The notes: generated from the letters alone by a model not told the origin. 64,000 nucleotides of DNA from Tricharina praecox (GCF_024521635.1 NW_026250403.1:1674001-1738000); one strand, 5' to 3'. Shown: positions 27,458 to 40,113, counted from the stretch's first letter. Numbers and translations: made by a program.

Positions 27458-30036
27458 TTACACACTCTTCTCTCCGCTAGTAGCAGTAGTAGGAGGGACA
27501 ATCGTTGGCTGCACCTCGCCAGTGTTGCCGGGGCCACCTTCGAGCGTAGGTCCCGAGTAGACACCGTCGGGTATCTTTATCGGCACCTTCTTGATCAGCT
27601 CCTTGCCAGGAAGCCTCTCGCCTCTGAGCACTTTCTGGATTTCATCGGCACTCAGCGTCTCGTATTCGATCAGAGCTTCGGCAATCATGTCCAATTCCTT
27701 GCGCTTTGACATGATGAGCTTCGTAGCGCGTCCTCGGGCATCGTTGATGAGCCTCTTCACCTCATTCTCGATCAAGGACTTGGTTTCTGACGACAATTCA
27801 CGGTCATCCGAGAGGTCGACGTCTCCAAGGACTTCCGACATGCCGAGGCGTGTCACCATCATCCGTGCGATCCGAGTTGCGGCACTGAGGTCCGACGCGC
27901 AGCCTCCAGTGACGTTGTCGGGTCCGTAAACGATCTCCTCGGCGATCTTGCCACCGAGCGCAGCATCGATTTGAGCCATGCACTGCTTTTTAGTGATGCT
28001 CAACTGGTCACCTTCGGGGAGATAGTGCGTGATGCCCAAAGCCTGTCCTCTCGGCAGGATTGTAACCTTGTAGACGGGAGTATGACCTTCGGTGAAGAGA
28101 CCGACCAGAGTGTGTCCACCCTCGTGATACGCAGTCATCTTTCTCTCCTTGGGCGGGATCACGGCAGAGCGCCTCTCAGCTCCCATCATGATCTTGTCCT
28201 TGGCCCAGTCGAAATGCTCCATGTTGACACCTTTAGCCTTCAATCTGCTAGCACGAACGGCGGCTTGATTGACCATATTCTCAAGGGCAGCGCCAGAAAA
28301 GCCGGGTGTTCCGCGTGCCAGAAGAGAGGGATCGACGGTATCGGAAGCCTGAATCTTCTTCATGTGGTGCTTGATGATTGCAATACGACCACGGACGTCG
28401 GGCAACGGAACAGTGACGCTCCGGTCAAATCGTCCCGGTCGAGTCAACGCCTTGTCCAACATCTGAGGGAAGTTGGTTGCGGCGAGGAAGATGACACCAC
28501 TGTTCTGCGAAAATCCATCGAGGTCGACCAAAAGCTGATTGAGGGTCTGTTTGACATAGGCAGCATCCCTTTCGTTCCTCTTTCCTCCTATAGCATCCAA
28601 TTCGTCGATGAACACGATAGCAGGTGCCTTTGCGCGGGCTTGAGCAAAGAGCTCACGGACACGCTTAGCACCAACGCCAACATAGACCTCGTCGAACTCA
28701 CTGCCAGACATGAAAAAGAAGGGAACACCAGCCTCTCCGGCCACGGCACGGGCGAGAAGCGTCTTTCCGGTACCGGGAGGCCCAACAAGGAGAACACCTT
28801 TGGGTAGTTTGCCACCAAGAGTCGAGAATTGCTTTGGATCCTTCAGGAAATCAACGAGTTCTTGAAGCTCTTCCTTTGCTTCATCGCAACCGTGTACGTC
28901 ACTGAATCGAGCAGTCTGCTGGGAAGCCGTCGCCTCGTTGTTCGCGGGACCGCGGGTACTCTTCAGGACACCAGTGAATTCGACAGCAAGGGATAGGAAG
29001 ACCAGAGCGATGTAGCCCACGAGCGAAAAGTAGAAGAGGAACTTGATCCACTTGAAGATTGACCCGCCAATGGACTCGTCAACCACAACGTAGATTGGAT
29101 CCTCCCTACCACCCGAGCCGCCGGTAGTCTTGCCATGGTTGATCGAAACGTTTCCGCCACGAGTGCGAGCGGCAACTGCCTGACCGATAGCTTGCGCTCG
29201 CTCGGCAGCTCCGACACCAGATCGTCCGGCAGCGTATGCAGCGGTTCCGTCCATCGTAAGTCCAGCATCTTCGGCTATTGAAAGTTTTTCTAGTGCTCGT
29301 CCGTATTTGTCATCACAACCTTTGTTTGTAGCGTATATTCCGCTTTGGTAGCGGTCAGCAACGACCTGAGGAAGACCGGCTCGAAGCAAGAGATCGTAGA
29401 AGCGTTCCTGGGCATAAGCGTTCTGTGGACTGCTGTTGGCAACCTGCTCGGCACGGTAAAGAGTAGCCTGCGAAGGAGCTCCGCCGAAAGACGTCATAGC
29501 ACGAATCCGAGACTGCTGAGGGTGCCGAGGGGCGGCATTGATACGATTGAACGGGCCCGGAGCCAACGACGAGAAATTCCGGGATACGAAGCTAGTAGCT
29601 GTCTTTCGGAGGATCGACGATGACACACATTCAGCGAAGGCGGGGCTGCCGTTGCTGAGATCACGGGGAGGACGGATTAACGAAGCATGACTCGGGGTAA
29701 GTTGTCCTGGCTATGTTCCGTCAGTTCCTAGTCACCGTAGCCGCAAGGCGTATCTCCATAGGTTTTTGCATACCTTCACCGATCCGCTGGAGGCAGCAAT
29801 CGAGAAACTACGTTGGGAGAAGGGTTGCTGCACCTTCTGGTGCTGCGAGGGTCGGAGGAAGACACATGGATTGGAGAGTAGATTAGCGAATGCCGGTAGG
29901 AGTTTTGAAGGTAATGTCTACGTGAGCAGATGATTGTTAGCATTGAAACACCTGTTTGCCACCTCTTGGATATCAGAGAGCTGGCGGGCGCATATACCGG
30001 AACTAAAGGCCTGGAAGCGAACAGTAATGAAGCCAT
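27458..30036 (-). CDS. YME1: Mitochondrial i-AAA metalloprotease Yme1 (FtsH family)
   Basis: Walker A GPPGTGKT, Walker [18 protein letters not shown], Zn motif HEGGH and one TM segment. Two small 5' exons from ATG 30036 give a presequence-like N-terminus; the 5' structure is less certain. Confidence 0.95.
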
Positions 30037-30567
30037 TATCCGTGCAGCTGGCACTCAACGCTGCCACGGTGTAAGAAAGAAAACCAGTCAAAAGAGCGCC
30101 GTCGAGTCCTCGGCCGGTGGTAGTTGTGTCGAAAAGGCGGGGGATGGGAGCCGCCACACAGAGGTGAAGTGCGAGTACGGATGATGCAGGGAGGCAAAGA
30201 AGCGACGAGAAAGAGGCAAGGCTGTCACGGTGATGACTAACTAAAAGCGATGACGCGTCTTGGCAATGCGAGTCACTTCATGTCACTCGCAAGATCCGAT
30301 TCGCTCCGATTCAGTGATGGCCCTTGAAAGTTGACGGTTCTAAACCTGGAGAACATCCGCGCAGAAAGTGGTTGATAATTATGGGGAGGCATACGAAAAT
30401 TTGCGGCTTTTCTATAAAATATAACTTCAAGAATCACACTTAATCATTCCTCCGATGTCTGGAATGCAGAGACCTCTTCGAATGAGTGCACACCGCTACT
30501 CACTTTGGTTCTAGCCCGCAAATAAAGCCCCATTTATCAGGTCTCTTTCTTTACGGAAGCGTCGACT

Positions 30568-31769
30568 TCAGATACAGCCTCCTCTTTCCCGCGTTCCCAC
30601 ACCTTCATCTCCCCGGTAGCTTCATCCCACCGATACACCGGCCCAGTCCCAACATTATACCTGACCTTAATCAGCAGCGCGCCTAACTCTAAGCCCTGAG
30701 GATCTCACCTGTAATAATTCTCCGTTCCCTTCCTCGTCTTGACAAACCTGAATGTAATATTGATCCTGGGCCCGGAATGCTTCCTCTTCGGCACGGAATG
30801 CAGCCACCTTGGCTGTGTGGTACCTTTCATCAGCACCAAATCGCCCGATGCCAGCGGAAGCGACAGCTTTTGGGAAGGTTCGGTCTTATGCTTCATGACG
30901 AAATCACGGGTTGAACCGAGAGTTAACGATGCGATGGTAGGGTTCTCGCCGAGGAAAGACTCGTCGTCGGAGTGAAATCTGCCAGTTGGTAAGTTGGCGA
31001 GCTTGGAGAAATTAAATCGGTGAAAATCGGGGCATACGCTATAGAGTCGGCACCGTTCGAGTAGTAGTTGATGAGGAGGAAATTGTAACTGCTGTTGGTG
31101 CGGGCTTCTGTGTACTATCATGACGTCTCAACCCCGTCCGACTCAAGTTTTTCGGGAGAATCCGTTTTCCTCCTACCTCAAGTAAAGGAAGTAAACACTG
31201 GGGTATCGGTCGCGGATTACAGCCAGGGTAGGCGTATTTGATAGGGAGCTTCTTTTCCGCGTCGAGCAGAGTTCCAGTCTCTGGGTGGAATATACACATT
31301 GCGTCGACGCCAAATAGCGATGTACTGTGATGTGGACTTCAGCTACAAAGAAGTGCGTGCCGGAAAGGAGACAAGCCACTCACTACCGTGGCGTATTCAC
31401 TACCGTATCCGTTCCGTCCCGTTTGATCGAATACGTAACTCGATAAAATGGTAGCTCGCGGCGAAGGAAGGTATATAGCTCTTGCGCTAGACTTCTGTGA
31501 AGGAAAGGCTGATAATGCAGCATGTCGAGGTCTGGCTTGCCGTTGAAAACAAGAGGAGCAATCTCGTCTGTTGCCGCAGTGTTGCTGGATGAACCGCCAT
31601 CGTTGACATCCGCTCCTTGCCGCGAGCTGAAAACAAGTGCTGGCGGCAGACAGGTGATGGGATGCGGGTAGTTTGGGTGCGTTGAGGGTGGTAGTTTGGA
31701 GGTTAAATCGAAACGCTGCTTTTTGCTTGCTACGGGAGCAAAGAAGGAGGTTATTTGACGTTTGGACAT
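30568..31769 (-). CDS. AlkB-family Fe(II)/2-oxoglutarate dioxygenase (ALKBH2/3-like)
   Basis: Five inferred exons giving MSKRQITSFF, NTPRYTSLFGVD, YNFLLINYY, FHSDDE (HxD), IASLTLG, WLHSVPK, RINITFR, NYYRYNVG. Confidence 0.9.
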
Positions 31770-32319
31770 GTTCGTAGAGGGCGCGTTCGTGGTGGAGAAG
31801 ATGTGGCCGTTCAGATGCACGTCGCTCGGCATGTCGTAGGCGGTCTGCACTTCTTAAGCCGTCACCATGGCTGTCTCCATGGCCAACGCAAGGGTTCACT
31901 ACGCCACCAGGTAATTGACGTATATAAGACGAAGGAAAGTATCTTCATGTAGCCATGTTATATTTGCTAAAAGAGGTGGCGAAACCCGATCAAGAATGAC
32001 GTATCAGTAAAGTATGGCTGGGTCCGAAGTCGATGGGACGCGGTCTACTACTCGAGTAGAAACCTCCCCTGTTAGCCATATGATCCTCTCATCTCGAGCT
32101 CGTCTGCTGCTCGAGTCTGCCGCGATCACTTCGTGATATCTATAACTAAGCGATCAGCTATCAAATATGACCAAGGCACCGCGTTGCGACGGAACACGGT
32201 CCAGGGTTCGACTTGACCCAATCGGATCTGCAGGGCTTGGCAATACGGACCCCACGTTATTTACCCCTCCATCATTTTTTCTTGCCTGTTCCTCAGCTCG
32301 TCTCAATCATACAATCAAC

Positions 32320-33929
32320 ATGTCTGCCTCAATCCAATCTGCCGTTTCAACTGTTCAGACCCTCCTGCGCACTGCGTCGCAGAAGGTCCTCCTTCTCGGA
32401 AGCGGTTTCGTTGCGAAGCCTTGTTTGGATTACCTTGCGAAGGAGGGAATCCAGATTACCGTTGGTATGCTACAAGCTGAGTGTGCTCGGTGGAGAAGAA
32501 TTGACCTTGCTGACTGGATTTTGTGCAGCCTGCCGTACTTTGGAGAGCGCAAAGAAACTCTCTGCGGGTGTCTCACTCGCCACCCCCATCTCTCTTGATG
32601 TCTCTGATGCGGCGGCCCTTGACGCCGAGGTCGCGAAGCACGACCTTGTCATTAGGTGCGATTCGACTGCGGTCTCAGCTGGAGGAGGACATACATTGAC
32701 AATTTTGCAGTTTGATCCCCTACACCCACCACGCCACTGTTATCAAGTCGGCCATCCGCTCCAAGAAGCACGTTGTCACCACTTCATACGTGTCGCCGGC
32801 AATGGAGGAGCTAGACGCCGAGGCCAAGGCTGCTGGAATCACTGTTCTCAACGAGATCGGTCTTGACCCCGGTATTGACCACTTGTACGCTGTCAAGATG
32901 ATCGACGAGGTTCACGCCAAGGGCGGAAAGTTGTTGTCTTTCCTGTCGTACTGCGGTGGTCTCCCCGCCCCTGAGAACTCCGGAAACCCTCTCGGATACA
33001 AGTTCTCGTGGTCTTCCCGTGGTGTCTTGCTCGCTCTGAGGAACTCCGCCAAGTACTGGAAGGACGGAAAGGTTTGTGCCGGGAGACCCCTTGATTAGAC
33101 AGGATTGCTTACAAAGTCGTTAGATCGAGGAGATTTCCGGCCCCGAGCTCATGGCTGCCGCTAAGCCCTACTACATCTACCCCGGCTTCGCGTTCGTCGC
33201 CTACCCCAACCGTGACTCGACCATCTACAAGGAGCGCTACGGCATTCCCGAGGCCCAGACTATCGTCCGTGGAACTCTGCGTTACCAAGGCTTCCCCGAG
33301 TTCGTGCATGCTCTTGTCGACATTGGCTTCCTTTCCGATGACGCTTCGGATGACTTTAAAACCGCTCTTCCCTGGAAGACGGCACTGGCCAAGCTCCTTG
33401 GCTCGAGCTCCGAGAAGGAGGAGGACCTGGTCTGGGCCATCTCTTCCAAAACCACTTTCTCCAGCACCGAGGAGAAGGATAAGATCATCGCTGGTATGAA
33501 GTGGCTCGGCCTCTTCAGCGAGACGCTCAACACCCCCCGTGGCAACCCTCTGGACACCCTCTGTGCCACTCTTGAGGAGAAGATGCAGTACGAGGAGGGC
33601 GAGCGTGATATGGTTATGCTGCAACACAGATTTGAGATCGAGCTTGCGGATGGAACCAGGGTATGTTCAACCTGACCCCACGTCTTCAGACAAATGCTGA
33701 CGGTATCCAGGAAACCCGCACTTCTACCCTGGTCGACTACGGTGTCCCTGGAGGATACACGTCGATGGCGAAGCTTGTCGGTGTTCCTTGCGCAGTGGCC
33801 ACCAAACTGGTGCTTAACGGAACCATCAGCGACAAGGGTGTCATCGCTCCCATGAACGCGAAGATCAACGACCCTCTGATCGAGGAACTGAAGAAGCTCC
33901 ACATCGAGTGCAAGGAGGAGCTCGTCTAA
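32320..33929 (+). CDS. LYS9: Saccharopine dehydrogenase (NADP+, L-glutamate-forming)
   Basis: Exons 32320-32464, 32529-32655, 32711-33071, 33124-33660, 33711-33929. Motifs VLLLGSGFVA, NEIGLDPGIDH, SYCGGLPAPE, YKFSWS, RGTLRYQGF. Confidence 0.96.
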
Positions 33930-34168
33930 ATTGTATCTTGATATCCTGGGATAAATGGGATAGAAGAATATTAACTTTTTTTTCGTGGGAGATTAGAAGA
34001 GAGTTTGGCCGTGTAGAAGACGTGACTGTGCTTCATAGATAACCTTGATTCCAACCTTGATATAGGTATCATTTCGTCTTGAACCACCATACTCAACTCG
34101 AGCCACGCCCACATCATCAAAACAGCGCCTGCTTCCCCCACCCCTCCCCAAACCCATCACCACCCATA

Positions 34169-34500
34169 ATGGCACTCCACACCAGCCAACTTATCTGCGC
34201 CTGTCATGTATATCGCTGCGCTGCTCGCTTCTCCGGCGCAAGGGTATGCCTCCCAAAGAAGGGATCATCCTACGGTGTCAACACTTTATCCACCGCGAGT
34301 GCTGCTTGAAATGGGCAGGCGCAATCAAGGTATCAAAGGAGATCGGACTTCCGTGTGGATGTGTGGGGGACTACGATTATTTTGAGCGGCAGCTGCTGGC
34401 GAGGGAGATGAGGATGCGGTTTGAGAAGAGTTACGATGAGTGGGCGGAGATCGAGAGAGGAATGAAGATAGTGAGAAGCAGAATGAAAAGTGAGAGGTGA
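34169..34500 (+). pseudogene. Small RING-H2-like gene, copy 1 (frameshifted or N-truncated)
   Basis: Paralogue of 35018-35293. The ATG 34169 frame matches copy 2 only up to CAC; two extra bases near 34205 then shift the homologous LLRRKG.PP.EGI.L.C.H.IH..CC.KW part into another frame (ORF from ATG 34246). Confidence 0.55.
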
Positions 34501-35017
34501 CGGATAGGCTCTGTGTGGTTGTTTTGGTTGCGGGTTTTGTTTAGGTATATAGGATATGTAGACCACATTAATTAAGCGCCTGTATGCGCGTGACCTCCAC
34601 ACGAGATCTCAATCGCGTCCTTCCAGTGTGCCCGCACGTGGAAGCAGTACGCCTTCTCGATAAAGACCACGAAATTGGCGTGTCTATGTGACTTCTGATA
34701 GCGGGTTTTCAGCCCTTCTTCCACAGCCCATCGGAGGATATGTCTTTTGAAGTTTTGGAAAGTCGGGAATTGCTGTCCCAGTCACAGCAGCAGATGTTGG
34801 TTGTTCTGGTGGCGGCAATGCTGCACTAAGTTGGCTCTTGACGGTAGAGAGTCTGGCCGTGTAGAAGACGGGACTGTGCTTCATGAACAATCTTCACTCC
34901 CACCTTGATATAAGTACCTATTATTCGTCTTGAACCATAACCTTCAGCTCGAGCCACGCCCACATCATTAAAACAGCGCCTTCTTCCCCCATCCCTCCCC
35001 ACAACCCACCACCCACA

Positions 35018-35293
35018 ATGTTACTCCCCACCACACGCCACACCTGCGCCTGTACACTATCGCGCCGCTGCAAGCTTCTCCGGCGCAAGGGTACGCCTCC
35101 CACAGAAGGCATCGTCCTAAAGTGTCGACACTACATCCACGCCAAGTGCTGCGTGAAGTGGGCACGGCATGTCCGGGAATCAAATGATATCGGACTTCCG
35201 TGCGAATGTGTCGGACAGTACGACTATCACGAGCGGGAGCTGCTGGCGTGGGAGGTGACGCGGCAGTTTGATATAGGTGAGGATGCGTCGTAG
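35018..35293 (+). CDS. Small Cys/His-rich RING-H2-like protein, copy 2 (91 aa)
   Basis: LKCRHYIHAKCCVKW...LPCEC resembles the C-x-H-x2-H-x2-C-x3-W core of RING-H2. TATAAG lies upstream and the Cys/His residues are conserved with copy 1. Confidence 0.55.
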   Translation: MLLPTTRHTCACTLSRRCKLLRRKGTPPTEGIVLKCRHYIHAKCCVKWARHVRESNDIGLPCECVGQYDYHERELLAWEVTRQFDIGEDAS

Positions 35294-36831
35294 GTGATGA
35301 GGAAGGGTTGAAAAGAGTACATAGGAAGCGGCGGGAGATGCATGGGCAGTAGGCTCAGTGTGATTTAGCCGCGTCCGAGATCTGTTGCGGTTCTCGCTCG
35401 ATAAGTCACATCGTGAAGCCACATCTTCACTCGTCGAAGCTTTTGCACATTGGTCATGTGATGTCGGTAATGTTTGCACGCCTCGAGAATCCTGTTTATT
35501 TTCATACTTGCTTCTGCTCCTGTTCGGTATGTCTGGATGGTCATCCGCTGTGTTTTGCGAATCAAATCGAAGACATAAGCTCAGAGAGAGAGAGAGATCT
35601 TCCTTTTTATTTCGGATGCAGCCCATCTAGACTATGGCGAACCAACGCACTCCTTCTCCTGCCTGCCCTGGCCAGTCGAGGTGAAAGTCCCGGTACCGAC
35701 CAGTCCGATGCGACGCCCCACTTCCCCTGCCCATCCGCCTCGGGCTGACACAAGCAAAAAGTAGATTGACAGTTAAGACCGGTATGGGCCTACATGCTCG
35801 CTCCCCCTGCTGCCCCCTCGCCTTTCTCCCGTCTTCCGCCTTTCCGCTCCAAGAAAATATTACCGCATATCCTCATCTCCTACTTCCTCGCACCGGCCGC
35901 AGACACAGTACCCTACTGGGCACTCTTGCTCTCCCCCGATGCGATGCTTGCCTCCTCCTCATCCTCCTCCTCCAGGTCTGGTGGAGCTTTCGTCCCAACA
36001 TCCGTCGTTCCTAGAAACTCTAGGATTGCCTCGCTGCATCACTGCATCGCTCGTCGGCGAACAGCTCCGCTATCGATCACCTCTCTTTCCTTCTGTTCGT
36101 CTCCTTCCCCACCTTTGTCCACAAGGCTTTCTGCTAGCTTTCCACCGTGAAGACATAAGCTCACAAATATTACTCGTACTTCAGGGTTGAAGACATGCAG
36201 TGAGAAATCATGAACCAACCACAACCCCCGCGATAAAACACTCGCTCTGTAGCATGCTTCTAGAATGCAAATCAAGATGTGGACTTTCGCGAGCTTCACG
36301 TTCCTACATGCAGAACTACCGAATCCTCTTTTGACAGAAATCATTTAGTCAACAGGATCAATCGTATCTACAATTGTCGCTACTTTAGGTGCATTCGGTA
36401 AATATGTAGAGTATCTATCAGAGGCGAGAGGGAGATCTGCCGCCCTCCCGCCGGTGGGGGGTAGGTTGGTGAAGATCCGAAACGCGCGTTAGAATGTACC
36501 AGGGCTGTGTGTGAAACGGGAGCAACGACCTCTAACGGCAAGGCGCACCCTTCCGACCTTCTCCTTACATATACATCTCAATTCTCGCGACGAGATGGAA
36601 GTTCTACATGACGAACTTGACTTGGGAGGGGATACAAAACCTTCGACGGGGTCCCGAGAACGGGATTGAAAGAGAAAATAGAAACTACATACTTTAGTCT
36701 GCATAAGCGGTCACTCGCGTGGCATCACAAAGTACTACCGTGAGATTCCAAAGCCGGCTTTTAATGCCACGGGACGGAGAAAACAGCACAACTCGCCTTT
36801 GAAAACAACGAGCGGTTCCCCTTCTTCTTCT

Positions 36832-37018
36832 ACCACCTGCTCATCCATCCTCCCCACCTTCCCTCACAATAACCTCCCTCAACCACCTGCTCATCACCCT
36901 CCACACCTTCCCTCACACCTTCCCTCACACCTTCCCTCCCTCAACCACCTGCTCATCACCCCCCACACCTTCCCTCCCTCAACCACCTGCTCATCACCCC
37001 CCACACCTTCCCTCACAA
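36832..37018 (+). repeat. Pyrimidine-rich tandem repeat with four ACCACCTGCTCATC cores, just upstream of the Ctr gene
   Basis: Cores at about 36832, 36882, 36944 and 36982, separated by CACACCTTCCCT subrepeats. Confidence 0.9.
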
Positions 37019-37088
37019 CAAACTTCTTGACTAATAACCACCTTCAATCAACAACTATTCCAACATAAACAACACCCCAACACAAGCT

Positions 37089-37816
37089 ATGCTCGCTCAC
37101 CACGATTTCCACGGCGACGGCGACATTCCCATGACCTTCGCCACGTCGGCCTTCGTCCCGATTCTCGCGGCTACCAGTGCTGGAGGCATCCCCGCCTCGG
37201 CCTCTGTCGTCCCTCACACCGGTCACCATGACCACAGCGCTCACAGCGGCCACGGTCCCCACAGCGCAAACGGTGACGTCCATGGCAGCGGCATGGCCCA
37301 CGGCCACGGCATGGCGATGACGTTCACGACCAAATATACGACTCCCCTGCTGTTTTCGCGCTTGGTTCCCACGACTCCCTCGCAGGCGGTCGGCTTCGGC
37401 ATCACGATCTTCGTCCTGGCGTTCACGTACCGCGCCCTGGTGTTCCTCCGCGCCTATCTCGAAGCCGTCTACTGGTCCCCCAAGCCTGCCTCGCCCGCTC
37501 CCACTTTCGGCGATGACGTTGGTGGTGAAAAGAGTCTGCGCCAGCGCGGCGTCGCTCAGGACTTCGACTGGATGAGGGAGACTGGAAGGATGCTGCTCAC
37601 CGCCCTCACCAGCATGATTGGTTACGTCATCATGTTGATCGTCATGAGCTTGGTCGTGGTAAATTCCCCTAGACCCCAGATTGACGAGTGATATATGCTG
37701 ACGGTGGTTGGTGGCGGGGATAGCCCTGGTTTTTCGCCGTTATTGCCGGTTTGGCAGTCGGTGAATTTTTCTTTTCCCGCCTGACGTCCGGAAGGAACGG
37801 TGGTGGTACTCATTAA
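37089..37816 (+). CDS. Ctr-family copper transporter
   Basis: Exons 37089-37658 and about 37723-37816. His-rich N-terminus, conserved M.MTF, three TM segments, MxxxM (MLIVM) and GxxxG (GLAVG). Confidence 0.9.
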
Positions 37817-38167
37817 ACATATTCTTGCTGGCAGCCCGCACGGATCTCGAGCGTAAATGGGATACCTAAATTGTGGTGATAATGGGCAGCTGGATGTCGA
37901 TTTCGTGAATTTTCGTACCTTTCCTTGCTGGCAGTGCGTTGAGAGGGCTGGCTTTCTTGTTTGACGGCTTTGTGTACGGCCGTATTTGTGTACAATAATT
38001 TGTCTTCTTTGATGATTGATGGTAGTCTTGTGGTCCATAAATGTAAAGTATTTTAGCGGCCATACATTGAACCCTCGGTGCCGAGTCCGCGGTGCCGAGT
38101 CCGCATGAGTGACCGTGAATTGTACCGATGGCTCGCGGACAAGAGGTCACTAATACAAGCATGAAGC

Positions 38168-38243
38168 GGCTTCATGGTATGTAGTCGGTTATCACATGTG
38201 TCTAACACACATAAGGTCCCCGGATCGAGCCTGGGTAAAGTCA
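38168..38243 (+). pseudogene. Degenerate tRNA-Val(AAC) copy
   Basis: Near-identical to the tRNA at 54756-54829, but with a 2-nt insertion in the D-stem/A box, a C:A mismatch in the acceptor stem, new G:U pairs and no adjacent oligo-T terminator. Confidence 0.8.
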
Positions 38244-38430
38244 GTTGTTCATTGCCCTCCAACATCAGCTAGGTGGGTAGTCAATAATCTTTTTATGATG
38301 ATTGTTCGGGATCTTGAACTTGGAGATGTAATTCAACGCCTAGAGACGGTATGCTACGCTATGGTATGAAGTAAGAGACCGACCTAGCCAGAACCAGAAG
38401 AGACCAAGTAAAGTAGAAAAGAGCAACCGG

Positions 38431-40113
38431 CTAGACGAGGATCCTGTCAGCCCTCTCGTACAGCAGTTCCCACCAGCGCTTCCCCTCCGGCGTCCGTTCC
38501 AACAGAGGATTTGCGGTCTGCCGCAACTCGAACAACGTATCCATGAAGTTGACGTGCCAGCTTCCCGGTCCCCTGGTGTCCTTCCTCTCCGCGGCAACCC
38601 TGGCAGCAGCGTTGTAAGCGCACACCGCAGCCACGACGGCAGTGAGTTTCCGCTCCTTGTTCACCACCATGCAAGCGGCAATGATGCTTCCGAGGGAGCA
38701 GCCGGTACCCGTTACTCGCGCCTGGTAGTGGCTGCCATCGGAGAGCTTAAAGATGCTGACACCATCGGTGACGATATCGACGACACCGGTCATGACGACG
38801 ATGTTGCGTTCCCTGAGCGCGAGCGCCTTCGCGATCCGGATTCTATCCAGCGGATCGGCGGCCTCGTTGTGGGCGCTGTCCACGCCGCGCTGCTGCACCG
38901 AGCTGTCGCCGTACACCGCGCGGATCTCGGATTCGTTGCCCTTGATCACGTCGCAGAAGCCCGAGGACACAATGAGGTGCGAGAACTGCAGGCGGGCGGG
39001 CGTGGCGCCCGCGCCAACCGGGTCGAAGACAACGGGGTTGCCACGCGCGTTGGCCGCCCTCATCGCGGCGAGGAAGAGCGGCTGCGCGTCTTTGCCCGCC
39101 GTGCCCATGTTGAGCACCAGCGCGCCACCGTGGTTCGCAAGATCGCCAACTTCCGATATCTCCTCCGACATGATGGGGGAAGCGCCGATCGCGAGCGTGA
39201 CGTTGGCGGAGAAGTTTTTGACCACGTTGTTGGTGATGTGATGGACCATCGGACGGGCAGTGACGACCTTGGCAAGGACAGAGATAAAGTTCTCGCTGAA
39301 GTCGACGCCCGTGATGAACTGGCCGTGCTGGCGCTCGGCGAACGGCGGAACCTCGTCGACGAGCTTCCGGAGGACCTTGCTACTCTCGCACGCGTCGCTG
39401 GCGGCCATGATGGCCGAGACTACCGCGACGCCGGCTAGATGTTTTCGCGCTGGTGACGCCGGCGACACGCTCTGGTGCATCACGTAGTAGATGTTGTTCA
39501 AATTGATGCCGCCAATGGCGACCGCAGGAACGTCGCGGCCCCAATTGCCGCTGGGGCCAGGAAGCGTGCAGATGTGCTCGAGCAGGGCGCGGGCGCCCGT
39601 GGTGCCGAGCGGGGGGTTGTGATCAGGCTTCGTGCCCGTGGCGTATATGGGACCGACGCCGATGTAGTCGCAGCCGGTCTCAGCAGCCAGGTTCGCCTGT
39701 TCGACGTTGGACACGGAAACACCGATGATTTTGCCAGTGCCCAACATCCGACGGGCGTCGGCATACGCTGTCACCAGAACTTTAGCAAATGGTGCCATCT
39801 ACAACAAGATGGACGGGATCGTACTGCAGTCGCTCCAGCCGATGTGTACTCCCTCGCAGCCGATGGCCAGCGCAACATCAACGCGGTCATTGATCAACAG
39901 TGGGATCCCAGCTGCCTTCGTGACCGTGTGAACCTTCCGGCCCAGCTCGATGAACGCGCGCGTGTTGAGCTTCTTCTCGCGCAACTGCACTATAGTCACC
40001 CCTCCGCGGATGGCATCCTTGACGTGCTCGACGAAGTCCTTTCCTTCCGGGACCAGGCCAGAATCGGTGACCAAGTAGAGGGCTAGGTCGGGCCTCAGAT
40101 GTTTTGTCGGCAT
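38431..40113 (-). CDS. THI6: Bifunctional thiamine-phosphate synthase / hydroxyethylthiazole kinase
   Basis: Exons 40113-39825 and 39767-38431. ThiE motifs LYLVTD, QLREK, INDRVD, T.TK, AIGGI. ThiM motifs HHITN.V, FDPVG.GAT..R, IKGN.SEI, TGTGC. Confidence 0.95.

Noticed and set aside
35678-35752. RNase MRP/P-like GAAAGTCCCG ... CGGGCTGA pairing
   Set aside because: The halves are only about 55 nt apart and the other conserved regions are missing; likely chance.
36832-37018. CRISPR-like repeat-spacer reading of this and other tandem repeats
   Set aside because: Eukaryotic context, spacers are themselves repetitive, and there are no cas genes.
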